NCBI GenBank assembly: GCA_033764685.1
Contig: JANRIS010000050.1
Span: 98,034-162,033, forward strand
DNA length: 64,000 nt
Direction of reading: 5' to 3'
From: Leptolyngbyaceae cyanobacterium bins.349
GTDB lineage: Bacteria > Cyanobacteriota > Cyanobacteriia > Leptolyngbyales > Leptolyngbyaceae
A program made the translations under genes and the position numbers. The notes beneath the pieces are model-generated. The model saw only the letters and a list, made by a program, of their open reading frames with translations. It did not search any database and was not told where the DNA came from. This document shows, in pieces, positions 53,805 to 64,000 of this stretch (within the stretch, counting starts at the first letter, position 1; each line of letters starts with the position of its first letter).

Positions 53805-56800
53805 CTACTTGTCCGCAATCACTAATGTTGTGGCCGCCGATCGCCCGAATTCCTCCGGAGCATATTGCAGGTGAGCTTCGGCACCGGGGTAAGCAAAAGT
53901 GCCGGGAGTGACCGATCGCACCAGGTAATGCAGCGTGTACACCCCAGGATTAAGTTTGTCGCCAAAGGCTACCATCCGATCTTTGTAAAGGGTTTGATAA
54001 GCCACCTGCCACGAGTCGCCCTTTGCTTTGAAGTAGGGCGTGGCAGTCTGAAAACTGTTGTCTACGGCTTCCAGTCCGGCGGGGAGTGGATCGGTGATAA
54101 CGACATGATCGACCGGATGATCAGTGATGACTTCCAGGCCAATGTCGAAGACCTGTCCGGTTGGCAGTTTCAAATCATCCCCGGCATACAGGCCAGTGGT
54201 AAACAGAGCCTTTTCCTGATTGGCAGGACGAATGGTGCGGGTGACTCGTAAGCCATTCAACCGTCCGGGTGGGTTGCCCTGGAGCCGATAGCGATAAGCC
54301 ACTAGATAATGCAGGATGCCATTGCCGGATTTCTTCAAGATCAGGTCGTTTGAGCCACGGGGCAGATTGGCGATCGCGACTTTTACCGTCTCACTGGGTT
54401 TTTGATAACCCTGAAACTGAGCCGTTGCCAACTCTTTGCCTGCTAAAGTTGCCGCTACTGTGAAATTGGGCGGCGTGGGTTGCAGTTGACTGTAGGCCAC
54501 CAAGGCCGCGAGCGCCTGAGCATTGTCATAAGTGGTTTGCCAGGTGCCGTTGCGTCGTTGATCCAGCAAGCCCTGTACCTGTTTGTCAATGGTTTCCGGT
54601 CTGGCTTTTTGGGCGATCGCCAGTTGCAATGCTGCCGCCTGCGTCGCCGTATCCGAACCCAACCAGCGCCACCCTTGCGGCAAATTCACTCTGGCATTCC
54701 GCCCCGTTTCGTAAGTGGTTTGTTGGAACTGGGATGACAGTGTGCTGGCTTCCTGTTGCCAATCTGGAAACTGGGATAAGTACCGCGCCAATTTCATTTG
54801 ATCAATCGGGTCCAGTTGATCTCGTTGGGCGTAAATATCCGCCAGAAACTCAGTTCGTTGGTCGCCCAAAGCCGACAGCGCGATTAAGGTTTGCAATCGC
54901 ACTTGAGTTTTACAAAGCGCTGGTTTACAAAACTCATACTGGCCTGGGTCTGCCAGCAGTTTACTCAAGTAAGATCTCAGCCCCGGCACCAACTCCTGAT
55001 TCCCAAATGCGCCCTCCACTTGCGCGATCGCGGTTGCTGCATAGGTCGTCCCAAAGGGATCGGACTTAGGCGCATCAGGATAAGCGGCAAATCCACCATC
55101 CGGTTTCTTCAGCGCTTGCAATTTCTCCATTGCTTGCTTGACTTGCTTGGCGATATCGAATCCGGCAAAGGTTTGGCCATAGGTTTTGGTTAATGTTTGG
55201 AGATTTGCCGCAATGCTGAGTTGACTGGCGGCAGGTTCCAGAAACGGTAAATTTTGTGCTTCTAAAACCTGTTGCGCGGGGGCCGTGAGTTGTGGGATCA
55301 GGGAACTGGCGAGGGAAATATCCAGGCCGCCCGTATCATTAGCAACGGCGTTGTCTATCTTGAGCGGAATGATGGCTTGATTGTTCGTCGTGCCTGATTC
55401 TACTACCTGTTCTGTGACCGTCAGCGGTTTTACCTCCAGGGGCACGGCAAAGGCATCCTCATTCCCGTTGACCTGGGCGGTAAATTTCACCGTTGCGGTG
55501 CCGGGTTGATCGACGACGACTGGGAACTGGTAGGGCGTTGTGCCAGTGCCGACTTTCGCTTGCTGACTGCCGGAAGCATTGTCGAATGTTAATGGGGCAC
55601 TGACGCTACCAGTGACCGCCAAATCCCCTTCGCGGCCTGTGTTGTTGGTGACGGCTACCCCCACCCGAAAGCGATCGCCCGGTCGGGCAAACTGCGGCAG
55701 GATGGGATTGGAGACGACGGGTTGGCTCGTGGTGAAGGTGGCATCGCCATTGCCAAAATTGAAATTGCCATCCGTAGCGACGACCATAACGCGCCAGGTG
55801 GTGAGGTCATCTGGCAGTTGAAAGGTGACTTTTGCTTTACCGTTGGCATCGGTCGCGATCGCGCCATTGTAGTAAGCCATTGGTCGAAAGTCGGTGCGGG
55901 TGCGGGTGTTGGCCGCTCCGGCTGAAAGTCCGCCGCCATAGCCCCAGCCTTTTTGCAAAGGTGAACCAATGGGCGACAAAACAACATCGGGGCGGTTATC
56001 ACTCAAACGGGTCGAAATCGGTTGTTCCGCAAACACGGTTTTCACCAGGTCGGGCGGACGGTAGCCACTCAGTTGCAACACGGCTTCATTCACCACCATC
56101 ACGGTGAATTGGCCCTGGACTGGATTGTCAATGTTGTTTTTCAGTGTGAGTTCCAGGGTTTGGGTGGCTCCCGGTTGCGTGTCGGTGGGTTGGATGACTT
56201 CCACCTTCAAGTAGCGATCGTCGAGGGTGGTGGCAAACGGGGCGAACCCCATCCGCATGAGACCATCCAAACTACCGGGTTCGGTTTGGGCCAGGGGTTT
56301 ACCCTGGCGCACCAGCACCGCCTCGACGGCAGCATTGGGCACCATATCCGGCATGACCGTGAACTGAATCTGTGGCGCACTCCCTTTGACCTTTTGCACC
56401 GTTTGATAAATCGTGTTGTGGCGCACCACGGCAAAGTAGAGTTCGGCATCTGGGTAAGGGGACTGGATGATTGCCGTTGCCACATCACCGGGACGGTAGG
56501 TTTTTTTGTCTAGTTTGACTTCCAGGCGGTTGTTGCGATAGCGATCGCCCCAGAAGGTTGGTTCTGTTCCGGCAATCCATACCTGCATATCAGTTGTCGT
56601 GGCTTCATTGTTGTCCAACCGGGCGCGGATGCGGTAAGAGCCAGATTTGGGAGCGGTCAAATTCACCGTTTCTGCCTGTTCACGAGAATTGACAGCCTGC
56701 GTTGCAATTGTTTTGTACTCCACCTGATTTTGGGGTGTGCGGCTCCCTTCAACGACGCGCGTGATGTTGCTGTAGTTCATTTCCTGCAACTCCAGTTGCA

Positions 56801-59624
56801 CCCGTTGATTGGCGATCGCCTTGCCACTGGGATCGCTCACAATCACCTGCACCGGAAATTCTTTGCCAGCCTCGGCCACAAAGTTGGTTTTGAGTCCAAT
56901 GAGGCGATCGCTGGGCACCGACACAAACGTGCTGGCATCTGCCACCGTCAGATTCGACACATCCGACACCTGAGCATCGACGCGGTATTCCATTGGGTAA
57001 GGCAACTCTTGATCAATCGTGAACTCGTAAGTTCCCTGGCCTTCGTTACTCAAGGTTTGGGTTGCCTGCAATACATCACTCGTCACTTCAGGGGCTTCTT
57101 CCGGCCAGAACCAGCGGCGGCCAAAGGTATACCCCTCCCATCCAGTAGGTGCAAACTCAGTTTGTTGGCGGGTGATGTAATATTTTGCCTCACCGCCCTG
57201 CACCGGCGCACCAAACAGGTAGTGACTCTGGATTTTGGCTTGGACTTTTTGGTTAGGGATCGCGATCGCGCTCACAGGCGGATTATCCGGCGCAATCGGT
57301 AATACATTTCGGTCGTTGGCGATCGGCGTATTGCCGACCGTCAAACCATTCAACTCCAGCGCTACTCTGAAATTGGGCGGTTTGAATTCGGCCACCCGGA
57401 ATTCGCCGATAATTTCCGCCCCACTGTCACCTTTGGCCCGGACCGTGTACGTCCCCAATGGCGCACTTTTACTCAGGGGGACGGATAGGGAAAAGGTGCC
57501 AAAGGGGGTGGTTTTCTGGTTCCCTAAGGCTTGTTTTTGCCCGTTGGGTGGTTCCAGAGTGACGGTGTAATTGGTGTTTTTGTCCTGCTTTAACTCGCCC
57601 GCTTGCAAATAGTAAGCGGCACCTGTGAGATAAGCTGTTTCATTGGGTTGATACAGGGTGCGATCGCTAAAGATCGTCCCGCGCGAAACGGGTTTGCCAC
57701 TGTCCCATCCGGCATCAATGCCATAGCCATAGGCTCCGTCATATTCCAGCGTGCGGGTGTAGGCCCAATCCTTGCCCTGTTGCGCGACAACCAGGAGTGG
57801 GGCCGCCGTTTCACTGCCAGAGTTGCGGCACCCAGCAAACTGATTCCCGTTTAAGGTTAGCATTCCGGCGGCATCCGTTTTACCTGTAGCGCAGGGAGAT
57901 GAAGTTGACTGGGTTTTTGCTTCTAATTGAGAGCGATAAATTTGAATCGTGGCATTTCCTACGGGAGTGCCATCAGATAATTGATGAACTCGCACCATAC
58001 CCGATTCAGGAAACCATTGAGCAAATACACCTAAATTGGTGAGTTGCACCATGCCGTAGTAGGTTGGTTCTCTAAATTTTTGCTTACCTTCTTCTTGATA
58101 AGCATTGGTGCGTGCCTGAATCCCGTAAGCCACCATGCCCGTTGGACTACCCAGTAGTTTTTGTAGGGGAATGGTTGTTTCTATGGCTTCATTCTTTTTC
58201 GGCTGAATCTTATTAGTCTGCCAATTGTTCGGAGTCGGTAATAAGTCCGTTCCATTTCCTTGAGGATAGGCTGAGTTAGTATAAATTAAGTCCGTCGGTT
58301 GTACGACCTTAAAGGTACTTTTGTATTCTGATAGGTTCACTGTTGAAATATTTAATTGCAACGGCGAATTGCTATTACTGGCCGGAAAGATGTTCAAATT
58401 CGACGGTGCCCAGAGGTCCGGGGCGACATCTCCTGTCTGGTAGTTGACGGTGATGGGTTGGCCCAGGGTTTGCCCAAACTTATCCTTGAGATCGGCCCCA
58501 ATCGTCACGGTGTAGTTTGTCGTCGGTTCCAGTGCCCAGGGGTTGAGATTGATCACGCGATCGCCCTCGTAAGCTCGCACCAGGGGCACATCCTGATTCT
58601 TCGGTTCCGGGCGAATGGCAATATTTTTTAACGCTGATTCCGCATCAATCGGATTGTTAAACACCAGTTGCCCGGTGCCCTGTTGAAAGCGGCCATAGGT
58701 GCCGCTAGCATCGGGTTTACCCAAATAACTCAGCGATTGATACGCCATCGGCGCATAGGTTTCGACCTGACTGACAAAACTTTTTTCTGTCGGTAAATTT
58801 CCCTTAGCGGGTCGCAAGCCCGGAGTAAATTCCAGTTTGTACTTCGTGGCTTTGGCTAATTCCCGTTGCGGTTCTAGCGTGTAAATCCAACTGCGGGTGG
58901 CAGGGTCAAACGAGTCCTCTGGGGTGGATGGATCGACTTCAGAACTTTCCGGTTGCTTCTCCAGGGCCACTTTTAAGGGAATAGTTTCCGGTTTGCCCTC
59001 TGGCATGAGTTTGGCGTGTTCTTGCAATGAAGCTTGATCCAGTTCAGCGTTGGAAAACACTTTGAGGATGGGTTTAGTGTCAAGCGGTGCCGTCACTTCT
59101 TTGGGGTTGTCGGCGCTGTAGGAGGTGGGCAGTTCCGAAAGTTTGAGGCGATCGCGTTGAAATGTCCAGGCTAAATCCTGCTCCAGTTTGTGATTTTTCA
59201 AATCTGCTAACCCGGCTTTTAGCGTGACTCGCACTCGAGTGGCCAGGGGCGTTGCTTCGTCGGCCTGAAAACCCACCATGCGAGGGGTGAGAAACCGAAA
59301 TTGCCCCTGGAGCGGTGGCACCAGTTCAAATTTTTGCAACAGTTGGCGCTGGTCTTCACTCTCTAAACTTTCCACCGGGATCAACGGTTCTTTGAAGCGA
59401 ATCCGAATCTGAGCCTGGGTTTTGGTATTTCCAATTGGACTGATCTCCTCAATCCAATCGGGCAATTGGGGCGGGGGGAGTTCCGCCACTTCCGGTAAGG
59501 TCACAGGAGCGTTAGTGAGATTGGCCGTGCCACAGCCAGCAAAGCCAATTGCTATCAACACTCCGAATAAAAATAACAGGGGCAGAATGCAGCGTTTGCC
59601 CAATCTCATACCAGTTCTCCCCAC
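53805..59624 (-). CDS. Bacterial alpha-2-macroglobulin family lipoprotein (thioester motif absent)
   Basis: 1939 aa with an N-terminal lipobox (LIAIGFAGCG). The layout is long MG-domain repeats followed by a C-terminal alpha-helical TED-like region. No C.EQ motif occurs anywhere in the translation. Confidence 0.8.
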   Translation of the reverse strand: MGRTGMRLGKRCILPLLFLFGVLIAIGFAGCGTANLTNAPVTLPEVAELPPPQLPDWIEEISPIGNTKTQAQIRIRFKEPLIPVESLESEDQRQLLQKFELVPPLQGQFRFLTPRMVGFQADEATPLATRVRVTLKAGLADLKNHKLEQDLAWTFQRDRLKLSELPTSYSADNPKEVTAPLDTKPILKVFSNAELDQASLQEHAKLMPEGKPETIPLKVALEKQPESSEVDPSTPEDSFDPATRSWIYTLEPQRELAKATKYKLEFTPGLRPAKGNLPTEKSFVSQVETYAPMAYQSLSYLGKPDASGTYGRFQQGTGQLVFNNPIDAESALKNIAIRPEPKNQDVPLVRAYEGDRVINLNPWALEPTTNYTVTIGADLKDKFGQTLGQPITVNYQTGDVAPDLWAPSNLNIFPASNSNSPLQLNISTVNLSEYKSTFKVVQPTDLIYTNSAYPQGNGTDLLPTPNNWQTNKIQPKKNEAIETTIPLQKLLGSPTGMVAYGIQARTNAYQEEGKQKFREPTYYGMVQLTNLGVFAQWFPESGMVRVHQLSDGTPVGNATIQIYRSQLEAKTQSTSSPCATGKTDAAGMLTLNGNQFAGCRNSGSETAAPLLVVAQQGKDWAYTRTLEYDGAYGYGIDAGWDSGKPVSRGTIFSDRTLYQPNETAYLTGAAYYLQAGELKQDKNTNYTVTLEPPNGQKQALGNQKTTPFGTFSLSVPLSKSAPLGTYTVRAKGDSGAEIIGEFRVAEFKPPNFRVALELNGLTVGNTPIANDRNVLPIAPDNPPVSAIAIPNQKVQAKIQSHYLFGAPVQGGEAKYYITRQQTEFAPTGWEGYTFGRRWFWPEEAPEVTSDVLQATQTLSNEGQGTYEFTIDQELPYPMEYRVDAQVSDVSNLTVADASTFVSVPSDRLIGLKTNFVAEAGKEFPVQVIVSDPSGKAIANQRVQLELQEMNYSNITRVVEGSRTPQNQVEYKTIATQAVNSREQAETVNLTAPKSGSYRIRARLDNNEATTTDMQVWIAGTEPTFWGDRYRNNRLEVKLDKKTYRPGDVATAIIQSPYPDAELYFAVVRHNTIYQTVQKVKGSAPQIQFTVMPDMVPNAAVEAVLVRQGKPLAQTEPGSLDGLMRMGFAPFATTLDDRYLKVEVIQPTDTQPGATQTLELTLKNNIDNPVQGQFTVMVVNEAVLQLSGYRPPDLVKTVFAEQPISTRLSDNRPDVVLSPIGSPLQKGWGYGGGLSAGAANTRTRTDFRPMAYYNGAIATDANGKAKVTFQLPDDLTTWRVMVVATDGNFNFGNGDATFTTSQPVVSNPILPQFARPGDRFRVGVAVTNNTGREGDLAVTGSVSAPLTFDNASGSQQAKVGTGTTPYQFPVVVDQPGTATVKFTAQVNGNEDAFAVPLEVKPLTVTEQVVESGTTNNQAIIPLKIDNAVANDTGGLDISLASSLIPQLTAPAQQVLEAQNLPFLEPAASQLSIAANLQTLTKTYGQTFAGFDIAKQVKQAMEKLQALKKPDGGFAAYPDAPKSDPFGTTYAATAIAQVEGAFGNQELVPGLRSYLSKLLADPGQYEFCKPALCKTQVRLQTLIALSALGDQRTEFLADIYAQRDQLDPIDQMKLARYLSQFPDWQQEASTLSSQFQQTTYETGRNARVNLPQGWRWLGSDTATQAAALQLAIAQKARPETIDKQVQGLLDQRRNGTWQTTYDNAQALAALVAYSQLQPTPPNFTVAATLAGKELATAQFQGYQKPSETVKVAIANLPRGSNDLILKKSGNGILHYLVAYRYRLQGNPPGRLNGLRVTRTIRPANQEKALFTTGLYAGDDLKLPTGQVFDIGLEVITDHPVDHVVITDPLPAGLEAVDNSFQTATPYFKAKGDSWQVAYQTLYKDRMVAFGDKLNPGVYTLHYLVRSVTPGTFAYPGAEAHLQYAPEEFGRSAATTLVIADK

Positions 59625-59932
59625 ACCTACACAGATGAATAACTGATGAACAACTTAGAATTCCAGCAGATACCCTCATTCCTACCCCTACTCGATCGCG
59701 AATTCCTGGGAACTTTAAAAAACTTGATGTTGAAGTTGTATCGAGTTTGCGATCGCTGATTTTTGAGTCGTTGAATTAATCACTCAAATGATGCTGTCAA
59801 AACCAGTTCTTTAACTGTCTATCGTGATAAAACCATAAGAAAAATGTCGCGTTATATGTAAACTACAACAGCTGCAAATCCGGCGATTCGTCGCCTTGTT
59901 TTGGCCCTCAAAAAATATGATTTCAACTCGAT

Positions 59933-60229
59933 TTGGAGATTGTTATGGCTAAGTTTAATGCGCCTCAAGCTCACAGTTCTGCCTGGATTGCTCAAGCCTG
60001 GATTTCCTTTATTGTTTCGGGCAGTGCGATGATAGTCGGTATTTTATACTTGCCTGTTGACAACTGGATGAAGGGATATTTAGGGATGGGTTACTTGTTT
60101 GCAACAGGTTCAACCATTAGCCTTTCCAAAACAATTCGAGATATGCATGAATCGAACAAAGTTCTGAGTCGAGTTGATGAAGCAAAGCTGGAGAAATTAT
60201 TGGCAGAATACGATCCGTTTAAAAAGTAG
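59933..60229 (+). CDS. YiaA/YiaB-family small inner-membrane protein
   Basis: AWIAQAWISFIVSGSAMIVGILYLPVDNWMKGYLGMGYLFATGSTISLSKTIRD is the YiaAB two-helix motif. Confidence 0.65.
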   Translation: MEIVMAKFNAPQAHSSAWIAQAWISFIVSGSAMIVGILYLPVDNWMKGYLGMGYLFATGSTISLSKTIRDMHESNKVLSRVDEAKLEKLLAEYDPFKK

Positions 60230-60383
60230 CGATCTCAACAGTAGCAATTTAAGCAGTAGCGATCTCGGGTTGTGAGGCTTTTGTGGGTCGTGGCGATCGC
60301 TCAGGAGCCGCTAAACTACCTGAATCTTCATGCAGCCCGTTATAATGCCGAAGATATTCTCGTTTTGCTGCTAAGGATTTGCC

Positions 60384-61316
60384 ATGCTGTCAGTCATTTA
60401 CTCCGATGAGTTTTTGCTGCATGAGACGGGCTACTTCCACCCCGAAAAACCAGAGCGACTGACCGCCATCAAACAGGCTCTAAAATCAGCCCCGTGGGCC
60501 TCCCAATTGCACTGGCAACTTCCCACCCCGGTAGAACAACGGTCGGTGTTGCCCAGCATCGCACGGGTGCATTCACCGCAATACATCGAAGCCATCCGGA
60601 CCCTGGCCAATTTGGGTGGTGGCTATCTGGATGCGGATACGCCTGTTTCGCCTCGGACGTTTGAGGTGGCTCAACTGGCAGTAAGTGCCTGGTTAGACGG
60701 GGTTGATACGGTTTTGCAAACGGGAACGCCCAGTTTCGTCCTATCGCGACCTCCTGGTCATCATGCCATTAGCGATCGTGGCATGGGCTTTTGTATTTTT
60801 TCTAATGCGGCGATCGCGGCATTTTATGCCCTGGAACGTCCTGATGTGGAGCGTGTTGCCATTCTGGATTGGGATGTGCATCACGGGAATGGCACGCAGG
60901 CGATCGTGGAAACCAATCCCCACATTGCCTATTGCTCCCTGCACGAATCGCCCCAATACCCAGGAACAGGAGCCGCCAGCGAACGAGGCTTTCACAATAA
61001 TGTGTTGAATGTGCCGATGCGTTCTGGCAGCGCGATCGCCCATTATCGAGCTGCCTTTGAGCAAGCCATCATCCCCTTCCTGACTAACTTTCAGCCTGAC
61101 CTGTTGATTGTCAGTGCGGGGTATGATGCCAACGTGGATGATCCCCTTGCTGGCATTTGCCTGCAACCAAATGACTACAGCATTCTCACTGAGCAATGCC
61201 TACAACTTACTCCCAAAATTCTATTTGGCTTAGAGGGCGGGTATGATCTAGATGCGTTAGCCCGCTCCGTCGTGGCAACCGTCCAACCCTGCCTTCCCCA
61301 AACCGTATCTGGTTAA
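60384..61316 (+). CDS. Histone deacetylase-family amidohydrolase (AcuC/HDAC-like)
   Basis: RPPGHHA...GFCIFSNAA...DWDVHHGNGTQ...SAGYDA...GGY are the HDAC-family catalytic motifs. Confidence 0.88.
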   Translation: MLSVIYSDEFLLHETGYFHPEKPERLTAIKQALKSAPWASQLHWQLPTPVEQRSVLPSIARVHSPQYIEAIRTLANLGGGYLDADTPVSPRTFEVAQLAVSAWLDGVDTVLQTGTPSFVLSRPPGHHAISDRGMGFCIFSNAAIAAFYALERPDVERVAILDWDVHHGNGTQAIVETNPHIAYCSLHESPQYPGTGAASERGFHNNVLNVPMRSGSAIAHYRAAFEQAIIPFLTNFQPDLLIVSAGYDANVDDPLAGICLQPNDYSILTEQCLQLTPKILFGLEGGYDLDALARSVVATVQPCLPQTVSG

Positions 61317-61325
61317 CCCCTGGCC

Positions 61326-62327
61326 TCAACTCTGATGACGAGATTGATGCCAGTTCCAGGCGTGGGTCAAAATTTGCTGCAAATCGGCGTATTGCGGATT
61401 CCAACCTAAAACCTGACGGGCGCGATCGCTTCCCCCCACCAGAGCCGGCGGATCTCCCGGACGACGGGGACATTCAATGGCGGCAATCTCTCGCCCCGTG
61501 ACCTGACGTGCCGTCTCAATCACCTCTTTCACCGAGAAGCCATTGCCATTCCCCAGATTAAACACCGTTGTTTCGCCTCCTTTTAGTAAATACTCCAGCC
61601 CCAGTACATGGGCCTGCGCCAGATCGGTAACGTGGATGTAATCTCGAATGCAAGTGCCATCTGGTGTGGGGTAATCCGTCCCAAAAATCGAGACCGACTC
61701 CCGCTGCCCCAATGCCGTCAACAATACGAGCGGAATAATATGAGTTTCCGGGTTGTGATCCTCTCCTAGCCGACCGTTGGGGTCTGCTCCAGCCGCATTA
61801 AAATACCGAAACCGCACTGACCGGAAGTGGTAAGCGCGATCGTAGTCCTGCAAAATTTTCTCCACCATCAATTTTGTCATCCCGTAAGGATTGATGGGCT
61901 GTTGTGGATGATCTTCTGGAATGGGAACGGTATGGGGCACGCCGTAGGTGGCGCAGGTTGAGGAAAACACAAATTTGTCAATCCCTGCCGCTCGCATGGC
62001 ATCCAGCAGGGTCAGGGTGCCAACGACATTATTCTGGTAGTACTTGTCAGGCTCCGTCACCGATTCGCCCACATAGGCATAGGCGGCAAAATGCATGACG
62101 GCGGCAATATTACGGGTGGCAAAGAGTTGATCCAGCAAGGCGCGATCGCGGGTATCTCCCACCACTAATTCCACCTTTAATCCCTGTTCAACCAGTTCCC
62201 GGTGGCCGTAAACCAGATTATCCAGGACGACTACCTCATATCCGGCCTCTTGCAGTGCCAACACCGCATGGGAACCAATGTAGCCCGCGCCACCAGTGAC
62301 TAAAATCGTGGTCTGATTGTTCAGCAT
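61326..62327 (-). CDS. galE: UDP-glucose 4-epimerase
   Basis: ILVTGGAGYIGSH, the STCATYG...YGMTK catalytic motif (Y..xK) and NLGNGNGFSV. I prefer the start at 62327 (MLNNQTT...). The ORF track extends the ORF to 62423. Confidence 0.9.
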   Translation of the reverse strand: MLNNQTTILVTGGAGYIGSHAVLALQEAGYEVVVLDNLVYGHRELVEQGLKVELVVGDTRDRALLDQLFATRNIAAVMHFAAYAYVGESVTEPDKYYQNNVVGTLTLLDAMRAAGIDKFVFSSTCATYGVPHTVPIPEDHPQQPINPYGMTKLMVEKILQDYDRAYHFRSVRFRYFNAAGADPNGRLGEDHNPETHIIPLVLLTALGQRESVSIFGTDYPTPDGTCIRDYIHVTDLAQAHVLGLEYLLKGGETTVFNLGNGNGFSVKEVIETARQVTGREIAAIECPRRPGDPPALVGGSDRARQVLGWNPQYADLQQILTHAWNWHQSRHQS

Positions 62328-62679
62328 TGCCGTCTCCTTATCGGGGTTTATCATTGTTGAGCGATCGCGGGGACCTTGCTGGCATGACGTTTCCCTGTCA
62401 TAAGCCTGAAGAAAATGGTGCAAAAATCCAAGCAGAGGGAATAATAGTGCAGGATTTGATCATTAGTCATGTGGCAAGACTCACCATTGGGGCAGAAATG
62501 CAAGCTATCGTTACCCGCTACGGGTCAAACATCTCCTCAAGGCAACTCAGGTTTAACACTAACTGGATCGCCACAACCAGTCAGTTAATCCAATCATCAC
62601 GGTCGCACCAAAAGCAGTATTGTTACCTTGAACCTTATCAGCACATCCAGCACTATCAATCAGCGGAGGTACGAGTCTG

Positions 62680-63003
62680 ATGAATCAGCATGCAATCAAA
62701 CTTAGCAGTACTGGCTGGTTTGGCTGGTTGGCCCGCAAAATCCACAATTCCTATAGACCCAAAAAGACTCATGATTATAGCCATCTCGTGTTTGGCGTAG
62801 ACTACGTCTTCGAGCACCTTAATGAATTGGCGAATCAGGGGTATATGACGGCGCAGAAAAAGGGAGTCAAACCAGGTGATTACGTTATCCTGAAGCAGAA
62901 TGACACGCTGCAAAAATACTGCATTCAGGAGATCAACTACTACTCATCCCCGAATGATATGTGGATTGCTTTATTGCTAAAAGTAGAGCTATCAGGCGTT
63001 TGA
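62680..63003 (+). CDS. Hypothetical protein
   Basis: 107-aa ORF in a HIP1-poor stretch. I recognise no family. Confidence 0.35.
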   Translation: MNQHAIKLSSTGWFGWLARKIHNSYRPKKTHDYSHLVFGVDYVFEHLNELANQGYMTAQKKGVKPGDYVILKQNDTLQKYCIQEINYYSSPNDMWIALLLKVELSGV

Positions 63004-63439
63004 CACCCATAAACCACAGCTTTCAGTATTTCTTTATACAGATAAAGAACAATATAAATGTACGTATTCTTATTGTTACTTATATTTAAAGTTTCAGTAA
63101 ACTTGCTATCTCCCCGGTGGACCTACCGAGTTGTGGTTAAGTATATTCTCTTAAAGTAAAGTTATTTCACACCATTTTTCTTGGAGGGGAGAGTGTATTC
63201 CCATCAATTCAATGGCGAAACTGAGTTCCTCACATAGTGAAACGTTCGCAGTCACGATGCCAGTCTCCCTCATAGCCTCCCGTGAGGTTTAAGGATAGCC
63301 AGGTAATATCATGCACTTGGAGTCATCCTTGCACGAGGTTAGTGCTAGTGATTTGTAATGCTCGCTTGCTCTACCGTGTCAAAGCTTGGAATCCCCTGAT
63401 AGATAGTCTTTGTGTGGACTCTAGAACTAAGCGCAAGTT

Positions 63440-64000
63440 ATGACTCTACAAAACAGTATAGGTATGACGTTAGAAATGCCGTCTCAGTCTAAAGATGTGA
63501 TTGGTTTTCCTGTAACCGCAATCCCGTTTGACGGTCAAATCGCTTTGATGACTCAATGGGCGAAGGAGCGTCGCAGTAAAGCCGTTTGTGTTGCGAATGT
63601 ACACATGCTGATTGAGGCCCATCAGCATCCAGACTTTGCAACTGTTTTACGTGCCGCTGATCTGGTGACTCCTGATGGAATGCCACTGGTCTGGATGTTG
63701 AAGATGTTAGGGGCTACCAATCAAGACCGGGTGGCCGGATTAGACATTCTTGAGGGCTTGTGTACAGCGGCCTCAAATAGCGGAGTGAGTGTATTTTTCC
63801 TGGGTTCTCAGAAAGTCATTCTTGACCAAATGAGAGCCAGATTAGAGCAAGAATTTCCTGAACTGGCGATCGCTGGCATGGAACCCCTACCATTTCGGCC
63901 ACTTACACTTGAAGAAGATAATGAATTAATTCAGCATGTCAACGCCAGTGGTGCTGGTATTGTTTTTATCGCTTTAGGTTGCCCGAAGCAGGAAGTATGG
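63440..64000 (+). CDS. WecB/TagA/CpsF-family glycosyltransferase, 5' part only (runs off the right edge)
   Basis: Hand translation gives ...VIGFPVTAIPFDGQIALMTQWAKERRSKAVCVANVHMLIEAHQHPDFATVLRAADLVTPDGMPLVWMLKMLG...VFFLGS...IVFIALGCPKQEVW. It is not in the ORF track because it is open-ended. Alternative starts are at 63464 and 63476. Confidence 0.75.
   Translation, partial: MTLQNSIGMTLEMPSQSKDVIGFPVTAIPFDGQIALMTQWAKERRSKAVCVANVHMLIEAHQHPDFATVLRAADLVTPDGMPLVWMLKMLGATNQDRVAGLDILEGLCTAASNSGVSVFFLGSQKVILDQMRARLEQEFPELAIAGMEPLPFRPLTLEEDNELIQHVNASGAGIVFIALGCPKQEVW

Noticed and set aside
60226-60270. Three ~15-bp units (gtagcgatctc..., gtagcaattta..., gtagcgatctc...) after the yiaA-like gene
   Set aside because: They are very short and partly built from a HIP1-like core. 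There is no spacer structure, so I did not consider them a CRISPR array or a meaningful repeat.

Overview
The window is a cyanobacterial chromosomal segment. The HIP1 octamer GCGATCGC recurs dozens of times, and the genes include psaC, a phytochrome/Rcp pair, a GUN4-domain protein and a LivM/LivG (NatC/NatA-like) transporter. I saw no rRNA, tRNA, CRISPR array, integrase or transposase by eye. Most of the window is housekeeping: ubiD, gatB, psaC, recF, prxQ, recQ, ogt, a family-4 udg, aroH, sppA, leuC, purD and galE. These are interrupted by HIP1-poor, AT-richer accessory patches. The candidates most worth a second look are: (1) At the left end (1-4598), a NACHT/STAND NTPase with HEAT repeats has its last ~30 codons repeated as two orphan copies downstream. 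Each copy is followed by a small toxin-antitoxin-like cassette. This suggests serial 3'-end replacement or cassette accretion at a defence-type gene. (2) At 10958-11916, two translationally coupled paralogous DUF4365-like (PD-(D/E)xK-type) ORFs sit in a HIP1-poor patch. (3) At 40566-43030, a CHAT protease with a C-terminal FHA domain is followed by an acidic partner ORF of unknown function. (4) At 49010-49695, a small polymorphic-toxin-tail-like ORF and a DUF4279-like ORF are wedged directly after leuC. Smaller observations are: a ~206-bp MITE; in-frame palindromic insertions next to the NACHT P-loop; a G-run octamer repeat inside recF; a thioester-less alpha-2-macroglobulin; an apparently exported GUN4 domain; a truncated Doc toxin; and a frameshifted RelE. 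All family assignments come from reading motifs in the supplied translations and from memory. No database search was run.
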